A stretch of 64,000 nucleotides of DNA from Bdellovibrionales bacterium. GTDB taxonomy: Bacteria > Bdellovibrionota > Bdellovibrionia > Bdellovibrionales > UBA1609. The position numbers and the translations under genes were made by a program. Shown piece after piece: positions 39,058 to 45,916 of the stretch. The stretch is taken from contig OZ251448.1 in assembly GCA_965242515.1 (NCBI GenBank), positions 1,300,692-1,364,691 on the forward strand. The letters run 5' to 3'. Within the stretch, counting starts at the first letter, position 1, and each line of letters begins with the position of its first letter. The notes under the pieces are model-generated. The model had not been told where the DNA came from, searched no databases, and was given only the letters and a program-made list of their open reading frames with translations.

Positions 39058-39077
39058 ATTCCTGCGGAAGCAGGAAT
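39058..39077. repeat. ATTCC-N10-GGAAT palindrome (family P)
   Basis: attcctgcggaagcaggaat, preceded by gtc. Confidence 0.7.
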
Positions 39078-39113
39078 CCAGTAAAGCTAACATTTCTTTT
39101 GGGGAGGTTTAAT

Positions 39114-39177
39114 GGCAAAAAAAAGCCTTCTCGTGACGGGCTTTTAAGAAATATGAGGTAGTTTAAGAAAGCCCGAA
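39114..39177. repeat. 64-bp block identical to 36334-36397
   Basis: Same sequence as listed for 36334-36397. Confidence 0.8.
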
Positions 39178-39259
39178 CATTGAGAAGGTAGCCCTCTCGG
39201 GACAGGCTTGTTAGTTATTAGGACATTTAAAGAACCACAGCCCGAACATTGAGAAGGTA
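39170..39259. repeat. 21-bp direct repeat AGCCCGAACATTGAGAAGGTA x2
   Basis: Copies at 39170-39190 and 39239-39259. Confidence 0.8.
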
Positions 39260-39307
39260 AATAAAGAGCAAAACGAGGTTAGTTAAGATGTTTCGCCCCT
39301 TATAACT

Positions 39308-39814
39308 TTATTCCATAAACTTTTGCCCTCCTTTTAAATTGTTTTGTTTGTTACTAATATAAAGTGCGTATAGATATGCAATGTTACACATTCCAACACA
39401 ACACAGGAAAAATATTATAAAGTCTTTTAATCCCGATAATGTGCTTTGATAAAAAGACAAGCTATTAAACATGGTAGATGTGGGTAGGTTTATTATATAA
39501 ACCCCCGTAAAAATAATAAGAATCCATAGGAACATATTTATCATAAAACCTAATTTGTTAGGCTTTTCTTTTAAAAACCATTTTTCGTTTTTAGTTTTAA
39601 ACTTTCTATAAAGAATAATAAAAGTAAGTAATAGAAAGCACAACACAGCCCATATAAAACTAATTTTAACAAGGTAGCTAATTACCCGCATGCTGGTATC
39701 TATATCAACATAAGAAATACTATGTAAATAATTCAAGCCACTTACGCTTGCTATTGTAGTCAATAACAAAGCTCCTAAAAGCACTAAGTGCCAGTGTTTT
39801 AAATATCCTTTCAT
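39308..39814 (-). CDS. hypothetical 4-TM membrane protein (third gene of the fibre operon)
   Basis: Four hydrophobic segments (LVLLGALLLTTIASV, ISFIWAVLCFLLLTFIIL, MINMFLWILIIFTGVYII, FIIFFLCCVGMCNIAYLYALYI). 62-nt gap after the upstream gene. Confidence 0.55.
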   Translation of the reverse strand: MKGYLKHWHLVLLGALLLTTIASVSGLNYLHSISYVDIDTSMRVISYLVKISFIWAVLCFLLLTFIILYRKFKTKNEKWFLKEKPNKLGFMINMFLWILIIFTGVYIINLPTSTMFNSLSFYQSTLSGLKDFIIFFLCCVGMCNIAYLYALYISNKQNNLKGGQKFME

Positions 39815-39876
39815 TTTCTTACTCCTTTATTTAATAATTCCGTCAAACTCATATTTTTTATTTGTTACTTTTCCTG

Positions 39877-41373
39877 TTACCTTGTTATACCAACTTCAGA
39901 ACAGCTTTTTCCTTCAGTCCAATGGGTTAATCCTCCGGGACCGTTCCAACCATGGCTAGTACCACTACCAATAGGATCATCTAAATATGACCCATAACAT
40001 CTGTATCGGATTTTATAACAACACTTTCTTGTGTTTGTATGTTCCGAACAGTCATAGTACCAAGCTGTGGGGTGGATATATCCAACATTTGCATTAGGTA
40101 AGCGTATTGGTTCTGAATTCCATGCAATAACAAACTCATAAGAACCTCCTACACATTTTTTCCTAGTGTTAATTTTTGCCCATGTGCCATTTTGACATTT
40201 AAAGCGATTATAATCAGGAATAGGCTCATTTGTTATTCGTAAGTTAGTTTGTATATGCCCTTTTATACAGGTAACTGTATCGTTATTTCTAACAGTATCT
40301 GATTTTCCATAACCAGTCTTATACAACCACCTCCTATTATTAGATTTTTGTACTAGGTAGTTGCTGGATCCACTAGTATAGTCTTTGGCAAAGGACAAAG
40401 GACACTGTGAATTTGTTAAATCACTTACCATGCAAGCCCCTGTTTCTTTATTACATCCGGTGCGTCTTTCTAAATTTCCTCTGTTACAATAATAAGAACA
40501 TCTACGCCCAGAACGGTGCCAGCCATAATCACACTTACCTCTTCCTGTTCTTCCTCCTGTTGTGTAGTATGATAGTCTGCAACGGGATATTGTTTGAGCA
40601 GGGCAGTTTTTATGGTTACATTGGTCTGTAACTGTCATATCCCCATTCCTACAATTCTTATAGTTACAATAACCTTTATAACCTGTTTTGCATTGTCGCT
40701 GGCTATAATATGACCTACCATGTGGAACGCTGATAGCATTACATCGGGAATTTCCTTTATTACACCCTATCGGAGGACCGCAAGTGTTTCTTTCTTTTAC
40801 CCAATCCCCGTCATTACAATAATATCTGCATTCGCCGTTAGGGTACCCTGCCTTACAGCTACCAGACCAATTTGTGTTTGCATTATACCCTCCTACATCG
40901 TGGTTTCTGGCAGTGACCGCACAATTCCCCTCAATAGTGGCACTACTACAACTTGCATTACAATCATTTGTCTTTTTGTGCCATACCCCACCATAGCATT
41001 CATAATTACAAACGCCTGTGTAACCACTTGAGCATGTATTAGATGTTAAGTGTGTACCATGAGCGTATGTTCCTGCGGGTAAAACACAATTTTCTATAGT
41101 TTTTCCTGTGCAACTAATAGAAGTATCAGGTTGGCAAGTGTTTTTAGTACTTAAGCTTGAATGCTTATCTGTTACCCATGTACATTGTGAATTTGCATTA
41201 CAGCATGTTGCATTACCAACCCCTACCTGACTACAATCTAACAAAGTACTAGCACAACACCCTGGATCGCCTCTTTGTAAATCAGCATTAGTACAAACCT
41301 GCCCTCTTTTATTGTGAGTGTCTGCATGCCCTATTGAAATAAAAAATAAAATTATAAATAAAATTACTTTCAT
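39877..41373 (-). CDS. secreted Cys-rich modular protein
   Basis: Signal peptide MKVILFIILFFISIGHA. Four modules of about 55-60 aa with six Cys each, e.g. C..GY.G.C.Y.C..G.W......C. The start overlaps the stop of the fibre gene (ATGA). Confidence 0.6.
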   Translation of the reverse strand: MKVILFIILFFISIGHADTHNKRGQVCTNADLQRGDPGCCASTLLDCSQVGVGNATCCNANSQCTWVTDKHSSLSTKNTCQPDTSISCTGKTIENCVLPAGTYAHGTHLTSNTCSSGYTGVCNYECYGGVWHKKTNDCNASCSSATIEGNCAVTARNHDVGGYNANTNWSGSCKAGYPNGECRYYCNDGDWVKERNTCGPPIGCNKGNSRCNAISVPHGRSYYSQRQCKTGYKGYCNYKNCRNGDMTVTDQCNHKNCPAQTISRCRLSYYTTGGRTGRGKCDYGWHRSGRRCSYYCNRGNLERRTGCNKETGACMVSDLTNSQCPLSFAKDYTSGSSNYLVQKSNNRRWLYKTGYGKSDTVRNNDTVTCIKGHIQTNLRITNEPIPDYNRFKCQNGTWAKINTRKKCVGGSYEFVIAWNSEPIRLPNANVGYIHPTAWYYDCSEHTNTRKCCYKIRYRCYGSYLDDPIGSGTSHGWNGPGGLTHWTEGKSCSEVGITR

Positions 41374-43997
41374 TTTGACACCCCCGTTTTATTAAGTGAT
41401 TTTATTTGTTCTTTAAAAAAAATATTCTCTTTTTTTAATGCTTTATTTTCTTTTTCTAAAGCCTCAAGTCTTTTACCTATATCTAAAATAGTAATTTTTA
41501 GCTTATGTATTTTATCTAATACTTCTTTTTTAAAGTCCATAAACCTGTTATAAAGTGCTTTTATCCCAGCCCATAGTGTGCCGTATATTGAAACCCAATC
41601 GGGCTGTATAGGCTTACCATTATCTTGTATTTGCAAGTGTTTAGGTAAGTCTTCTGAAATAATACCCATTCGTTTATGCTTTGGGTGGTCTTTGTTGTAG
41701 TAATAAGTAAAAAGTGGGGTGTTATTTATTACACTTAATGCATATTGATAATTTTTAAATAAGGTAATGTTGTTTTTAAACACTCTACTTGATGCAGGGG
41801 CTACCGCTTGCTGACAAGTAGTTCCTGTATTTCCACAATTTAAATAAATCTTATTTTTTACATACAGGTTGCCGTTTATAGCAAAGTGTCCTTCTTCACT
41901 TGCTGTTAAGCTATCTGCTTTATAGTTTGTAGCAAAAAAATCAGCACCCGTTGGCGGAGTCCCAGTTGGTGTTGTACCAAAAAGTAAATTACCTATATTC
42001 ATCTGGTGACTTCCTGTTTCAGTTATTCCGCCCGCTGTGGTTTTTGAGGCTTCGTGACCGATAAATATATTATTATTTGCAGGTGTAGTTTTATCAGTAC
42101 CAGAGTTTAAAACATTCCCTGCTTCTTTACCTATTATTACATTATTACTCCCTCTGTTACTTTGACCTGCCAGAGGTCCTATTATTACATTAAACCCACT
42201 TGCAGTGTTATCACGCCCCGCCGTATCGCCAATAAAAATATTCCTATTACCTGAAGTGGTTTCTTTACCTGCACTTACCCCTATAAAAACATTTTTCGCA
42301 CCTGTGGTGTTTTTTTCACCTGCTACATTTCCAATAAAAATGTTTTGTATCCCTTGTTGCCCAGTCCCACCTTCTGTTTTGTTACCTGCTTTGTTACCGA
42401 TAAAAGTATTACCTCTACCATTTGTAAGGTTAACCCCCGCTTCATTTCCAATAGCTATATTGTTACGACCTGTTACTGGTTTTGATGTTGCGTCATTAGT
42501 CCACCTCCCTTTACCTGCCTGATAGCCGATAAATAAGTTTTTTGCACCTGTGGTGTTTCCGAATCCTGCTTCTCGCCCAATAAACACATTATCCCCAGCT
42601 GTGGTCTTATTTCCCGCATTGTGTCCTACAAAAGTATTATTTGACGCTGATACATTATCCGCTCCAGCTCCAGCACCAATAAATACATGATTCCCACCTG
42701 TGTTTTTATTTCCTGCATAAGCTCCTATAAAAGTATTCCCATTTGTGGTTGTGTTTGCCATTCCTGTTTGTACTCCAATAAAGGTGTTTTCAGACCCACT
42801 ATTAGCACGACCTGCACTTGGTCCTACAAAGGTGTTGCTTTGCCCTCCTTCGCTATTTTGTCCTGCTAGTTCGCCAATAAATACATGATTCCTTCCTGAA
42901 GTATTGTTTTCCCCAGCATAAGCCCCTATGAAAGTATTTCTAGAGGCTTCTATTTCGTGAGTTCTTGTGGTTGCAGTGTCATCTTTTAAGTTTTCTTTTC
43001 CAGCTTGATAACCGATAAAAACATTCTCGAACCCTGTAGTGGTTTTCCTGCCTGCATTGTTGCCGACAAAAGTATTGCGAATGCTTGTGGTGTCCCTGCC
43101 TGCATTGCGACCGATAAAAGTATTTTTTCCTCCAGCCCCAGAATTACCTGCATTTAATCCGTAAGCAGTAGTAGAAACATCTGTGTTACCTTTTGTAGTA
43201 CCACAGCCGACATAAATAGCCTTGTCTGGACCTGACTGATATTCTGTGTAACAATCAACACTGCCCCCCGTACCGCCAGAGGCTTGTATAATACCCCCAC
43301 AAGTGGGACTTTCGCATGTTTCAACTGCTGTACCCCCAGCATTTAACTTATATTTAAAATCGCAATACTCATAATAGCAGTTATTTATATTCGCACTTGT
43401 GGCATCACAATCTTTACCAGCTATACCTTTACCTAAACCCTCTTTTTTGTAATAAACCACAAAGCGTCTGGTAACAGGGTCACTAATGGGGCTTGTAGTG
43501 CTAACAGTAGGGCTTGCCGTACTACTATCACCTGGTACTTTTTTTAATTCCATTTTTACAATGTGTAAAGAGCTTTTAAATACCTCCCCAGATTCTAAAA
43601 CCTTATAATTTTCTGTGTATGGTTGGGTAGTCCCTGTATAAGTACTAAGTTTTTTAACTTCGCCTGTGTACTTATTTGCACTATTTGCTCCCTCTAACCG
43701 ACCTATTAAAGGTTTAAAACTACCTTTACAATGTTGTTCGGTTCTTAAAATATCTAATATAGAGGCATGTAAGTCTTGTATTCCAATCCCCGCCATAGCT
43801 TTGCTTGTAATTCTACTGCTTAAGTCGTTCAGCTGTAATAGCCCCAAAAGTACGAATGGTAACGCCCCCATAGTCGCAATTAAACCTATTAGCGACACAC
43901 CTCGGGCATTGCGAAAATAATAAAAAATGGATTTTTCTCGTTTTTCCATGCCCTTACTTGAGGCTGTGCTGAAAAAGTGTTTTTTTAATCTAAGCAT
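41370..43997 (-). CDS. tail-fibre-like surface protein: pilin-like N-terminus, NxFIGxxAG repeat shaft, C-terminal peptidase-S74-type intramolecular chaperone domain
   Basis: ARG|VSLIGLIATMGALPFVLL. About 20 units of N[TVI]F[IV]GxxAGxxNTxG. C-terminal SSRVFKNNITLF...RMGIISEDLPKHL...DWVSIYGTLWAGIKAL followed by a coiled coil. An alternative start M17 lies at 43949. Confidence 0.7.
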   Translation of the reverse strand: MLRLKKHFFSTASSKGMEKREKSIFYYFRNARGVSLIGLIATMGALPFVLLGLLQLNDLSSRITSKAMAGIGIQDLHASILDILRTEQHCKGSFKPLIGRLEGANSANKYTGEVKKLSTYTGTTQPYTENYKVLESGEVFKSSLHIVKMELKKVPGDSSTASPTVSTTSPISDPVTRRFVVYYKKEGLGKGIAGKDCDATSANINNCYYEYCDFKYKLNAGGTAVETCESPTCGGIIQASGGTGGSVDCYTEYQSGPDKAIYVGCGTTKGNTDVSTTAYGLNAGNSGAGGKNTFIGRNAGRDTTSIRNTFVGNNAGRKTTTGFENVFIGYQAGKENLKDDTATTRTHEIEASRNTFIGAYAGENNTSGRNHVFIGELAGQNSEGGQSNTFVGPSAGRANSGSENTFIGVQTGMANTTTNGNTFIGAYAGNKNTGGNHVFIGAGAGADNVSASNNTFVGHNAGNKTTAGDNVFIGREAGFGNTTGAKNLFIGYQAGKGRWTNDATSKPVTGRNNIAIGNEAGVNLTNGRGNTFIGNKAGNKTEGGTGQQGIQNIFIGNVAGEKNTTGAKNVFIGVSAGKETTSGNRNIFIGDTAGRDNTASGFNVIIGPLAGQSNRGSNNVIIGKEAGNVLNSGTDKTTPANNNIFIGHEASKTTAGGITETGSHQMNIGNLLFGTTPTGTPPTGADFFATNYKADSLTASEEGHFAINGNLYVKNKIYLNCGNTGTTCQQAVAPASSRVFKNNITLFKNYQYALSVINNTPLFTYYYNKDHPKHKRMGIISEDLPKHLQIQDNGKPIQPDWVSIYGTLWAGIKALYNRFMDFKKEVLDKIHKLKITILDIGKRLEALEKENKALKKENIFFKEQIKSLNKTGVSK

Positions 43998-44091
43998 AAA
44001 GTAGCCTCACTTTTATGTTAAGAGTTAAAAGAAGATATTTTAAAGGAGGCAAGGGTGATTTTTTAATCAATGCTTTATTATTCAGGCAGGT

Positions 44092-44196
44092 GAAAAAACC
44101 ATGCTCAAAACGAGTTCGGATTTGACACAAAGTGGTAAGCTGACAGCTTACGCTTTGTGGCAAAACGCAGTCCAAAGCTTTTGAGCTCGGTTTTCC
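44092..44196. repeat. hairpin element family H
   Basis: GAAAAAACCATGCTCAAAACGAGTTCGGATTTGA...GCTTTTGAGCTCGGTTTTCC. Together with its 3' flank it is duplicated at 45753-45916. Confidence 0.8.
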
Positions 44197-44237
44197 TCTC
44201 TGCAAAAAAAGACTTTTTAAACAGTAAGCATGCGTGG

Positions 44238-44257
44238 ATTCCCGCCTTCGTGGGAAT
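44238..44257. repeat. ATTCC-N10-GGAAT palindrome (family P)
   Basis: attcccgccttcgtgggaat followed by gacaactgacg. Confidence 0.75.
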
Positions 44258-44385
44258 GACAACTGACGAAGAAATAACGAGCGATGAAATAAATAAAAAA
44301 GATAACTAATGTAATTCTTTAGTGCTACTCTGGAATAGTAAAATACTGTTCTGGAATAGTGAGAAAACCAATTCAAAACGAGTTC

Positions 44386-44407
44386 GCACCCAAAGGGTGC
44401 TTTTTTT
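44386..44407 (+). terminator. intrinsic-terminator-like hairpin inside repeat family T
   Basis: GCACCC-AAA-GGGTGC followed by TTTTTTT. There is no ORF upstream. Duplicated at 45557-45578. Confidence 0.45.
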
Positions 44408-44475
44408 GATACACTCCTTGCACACTCAATATTATTCCCGTCAATACCACTTAATAAACTATTGCTTTGGTATAA

Positions 44476-44582
44476 GGGGAAAAACCAAGTCAAAACGAGT
44501 TCGGATTTAACGCAAAGTAGTAGCCTTTGGCTAACACTTTGCGGTAAACCGCATGTTTGAGCTTTTGACTTGGTTTTTCCCC
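44476..44582. repeat. hairpin element family H (diverged copy with near-perfect termini)
   Basis: GGGGAAAAACCAAGTCAAAA...TTTTGACTTGGTTTTTCCCC. Confidence 0.8.
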
Positions 44583-44625
44583 TATACGCACAAAGTAGTA
44601 ACAGGCTAATAATCCTCTCTGCGAA

Positions 44626-44693
44626 AGAATGTCTGAAACAATAAAGAGCGTTAGCTCTTTTACTCCCCCCGTGCAAACGGGGGGCTGGGGGGG
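44626..44693. repeat. structured module family G (two hairpins, one with GCAA loop)
   Basis: agaatgtctgaaacaat-AAAGAGC-gtta-GCTCTTT-tact-CCCCCCGT-gcaa-ACGGGGGG-ctggggggg. The second copy at 47142-47208 sits right after a gene stop. Confidence 0.8.
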
Positions 44694-44711
44694 TGATTAA
44701 ATTAATTAATA

Positions 44712-44952
44712 GATGGTAACGATGTAACGATGTAACGATGTAACGATGTAACGATGTAACGATGTAACGATGTAACGATGTAACGATGTAACGATGTAAC
44801 GATGTAACGATGTAACGATGTAACGATGTAACGATGTAACGATGTAACGATGTAACGATGTAACGATGTAACGATGTAACGATGTAACGATGTAACGATG
44901 TAACGATGTAACGATGTAACGATGTAACGATGTAACGATGTAACGATGTAAC
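44712..44952. repeat. 8-bp microsatellite (GATGTAAC)29, perfect, plus one imperfect leading unit
   Basis: Counted directly: 44721-44952 is 232 bp, which is 29 uninterrupted copies. It is preceded by gatggtaac. Confidence 0.95.
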
Positions 44953-45348
44953 CAGTATAGCACATTAGCTTCATACTGTCAAGCCCTTGTGGTAAAAATA
45001 ATCTGTTTAAAAGTAAGTTTAAAATCCTCATATTTGCCGTATCGGCTGATTGGAAAAATACTTTAGCTTTTTTTTATTTTTTTTAAATTTTTGCTATTTT
45101 TTCTAAAAAATCACCATTAGTGTCTCATTTTGAGACACTTTGGCGGACTCTAGCCTGCTATATAAGTCTGGTAAACCATTCAAAAGTTTGGTTTTGTGAT
45201 GTTTTATTTACAGTTTAGCCAACCATTTACTAGAAGGAAGGATTGTGTGTCGGTGCAGGCAAGGGCCCCACGGACGGCTGTCCTGCACAAGACATACAAT
45301 CCTTCCTTAAATTTTGCTTGTCATTTTTTGTCAAAAGGGGCTTTCTGG

Positions 45349-45368
45349 ATTCCCGCCTCCGCGGGAAT
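45349..45368. repeat. ATTCC-N10-GGAAT palindrome (family P)
   Basis: attcccgcctccgcgggaat followed by reiterated ggaatgacNN..gacg sub-repeats up to about 45440. Confidence 0.75.
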
Positions 45369-45556
45369 GACGGCTGACGATGGAATGACAATAGAGACAG
45401 GAATGACGACAGTTGACGCAGGAATGATGGTTGAGGAAGAAATGATGAGCGATGGAAAAAATAAAACAGATAACTACTAATGTAATTCTTTAGTGCTACT
45501 CTGGAATAGTGAAATACTGTTCTTGAATAGTGAGAAAACCAATTCAAAACGAGTTC

Positions 45557-45578
45557 GCACCCAAAGGGTGCTTTTTTT
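45557..45578 (+). terminator. intrinsic-terminator-like hairpin inside repeat family T (second copy)
   Basis: GCACCC-AAA-GGGTGC followed by TTTTTTT. Confidence 0.45.
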
Positions 45579-45635
45579 GACACACTCCTTGCACCCACAA
45601 CTTAATAGCTGTCAATGACACAAAGTACATGCTGG

Positions 45636-45655
45636 ATTCCTGTTTCCGCAGGAAT
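45636..45655. repeat. ATTCC-N10-GGAAT palindrome (family P)
   Basis: attcctgtttccgcaggaat followed by gatggttgacg. Confidence 0.7.
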
Positions 45656-45752
45656 GATGGTTGACGAAGGAGTGACGATTGACGAAGGAATAATTTTTGA
45701 TAGAAAAATAAAAATGAACACATATAATGATATATATGCTTCATTGCAGAGA

Positions 45753-45855
45753 GGGAAACCATGCTCAAAACGAGTTCGGATTTGATACAATGCGGAAGTC
45801 GAAGACTTACGCTTTGTGGCAAAACGCAGTCCAAAGCTTTTGAGCTCGGTTTTCC
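45753..45855. repeat. hairpin element family H
   Basis: GGGAAACCATGCTCAAAACGAGTTCGGATTTGATACAA...GCTTTTGAGCTCGGTTTTCC. Confidence 0.8.
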
Positions 45856-45896
45856 TCTCTGCGAAAACAGACTTTTTAAACAGTAAGCATGCGTGG

Positions 45897-45916
45897 ATTC
45901 CCGCCTTCGCGGGAAT
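45897..45916. repeat. ATTCC-N10-GGAAT palindrome (family P) used as the IS insertion site
   Basis: attcccgccttcgcgggaat. The IS left end starts at the next base. Confidence 0.8.

Noticed and set aside
40407-43920. Plus-strand ORFs inside the fibre operon (40407-40631, 40720-41031, 42205-42522, 42687-42869, 43666-43920) and minus-strand ORF 43154-43342
   Set aside because: They are embedded in, or antisense to, long minus-strand genes that have clear domain signatures. They are repeat-driven open frames.
39308-43997. Fibre operon as part of a prophage
   Set aside because: No capsid, portal, terminase, tail tube, baseplate or lysis genes lie on either side within the window. The neighbours are repeats, an IS and small secreted proteins. 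A prophage further away cannot be excluded.
44702-45031. ORFs 44702-45031 and 44706-44963 encoding HRYIVTSL repeats
   Set aside because: They are the 8-bp microsatellite read in different frames (24-nt period). There is no start context and no non-repeat body, so I treat this as non-coding tandem repeat.
43990-45834. ORFs 43990-44676, 44322-44510, 45196-45480, 45230-45598, 45544-45834 and 45602-45790
   Set aside because: All lie entirely in the repeat mosaic. Their peptides (SFPRRRES, IPASAGMT and similar) are the usual artefactual translations of ATTCC..GGAAT palindromes. They overlap each other on both strands and have no SD.
35136-45855. Family H hairpin elements as integron attC sites, retron msr/msd or tRNA-like genes
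   Set aside because: The window has no integrase, reverse transcriptase or cloverleaf/T-loop features. The copies look like MITE/REP-type palindromic repeats.
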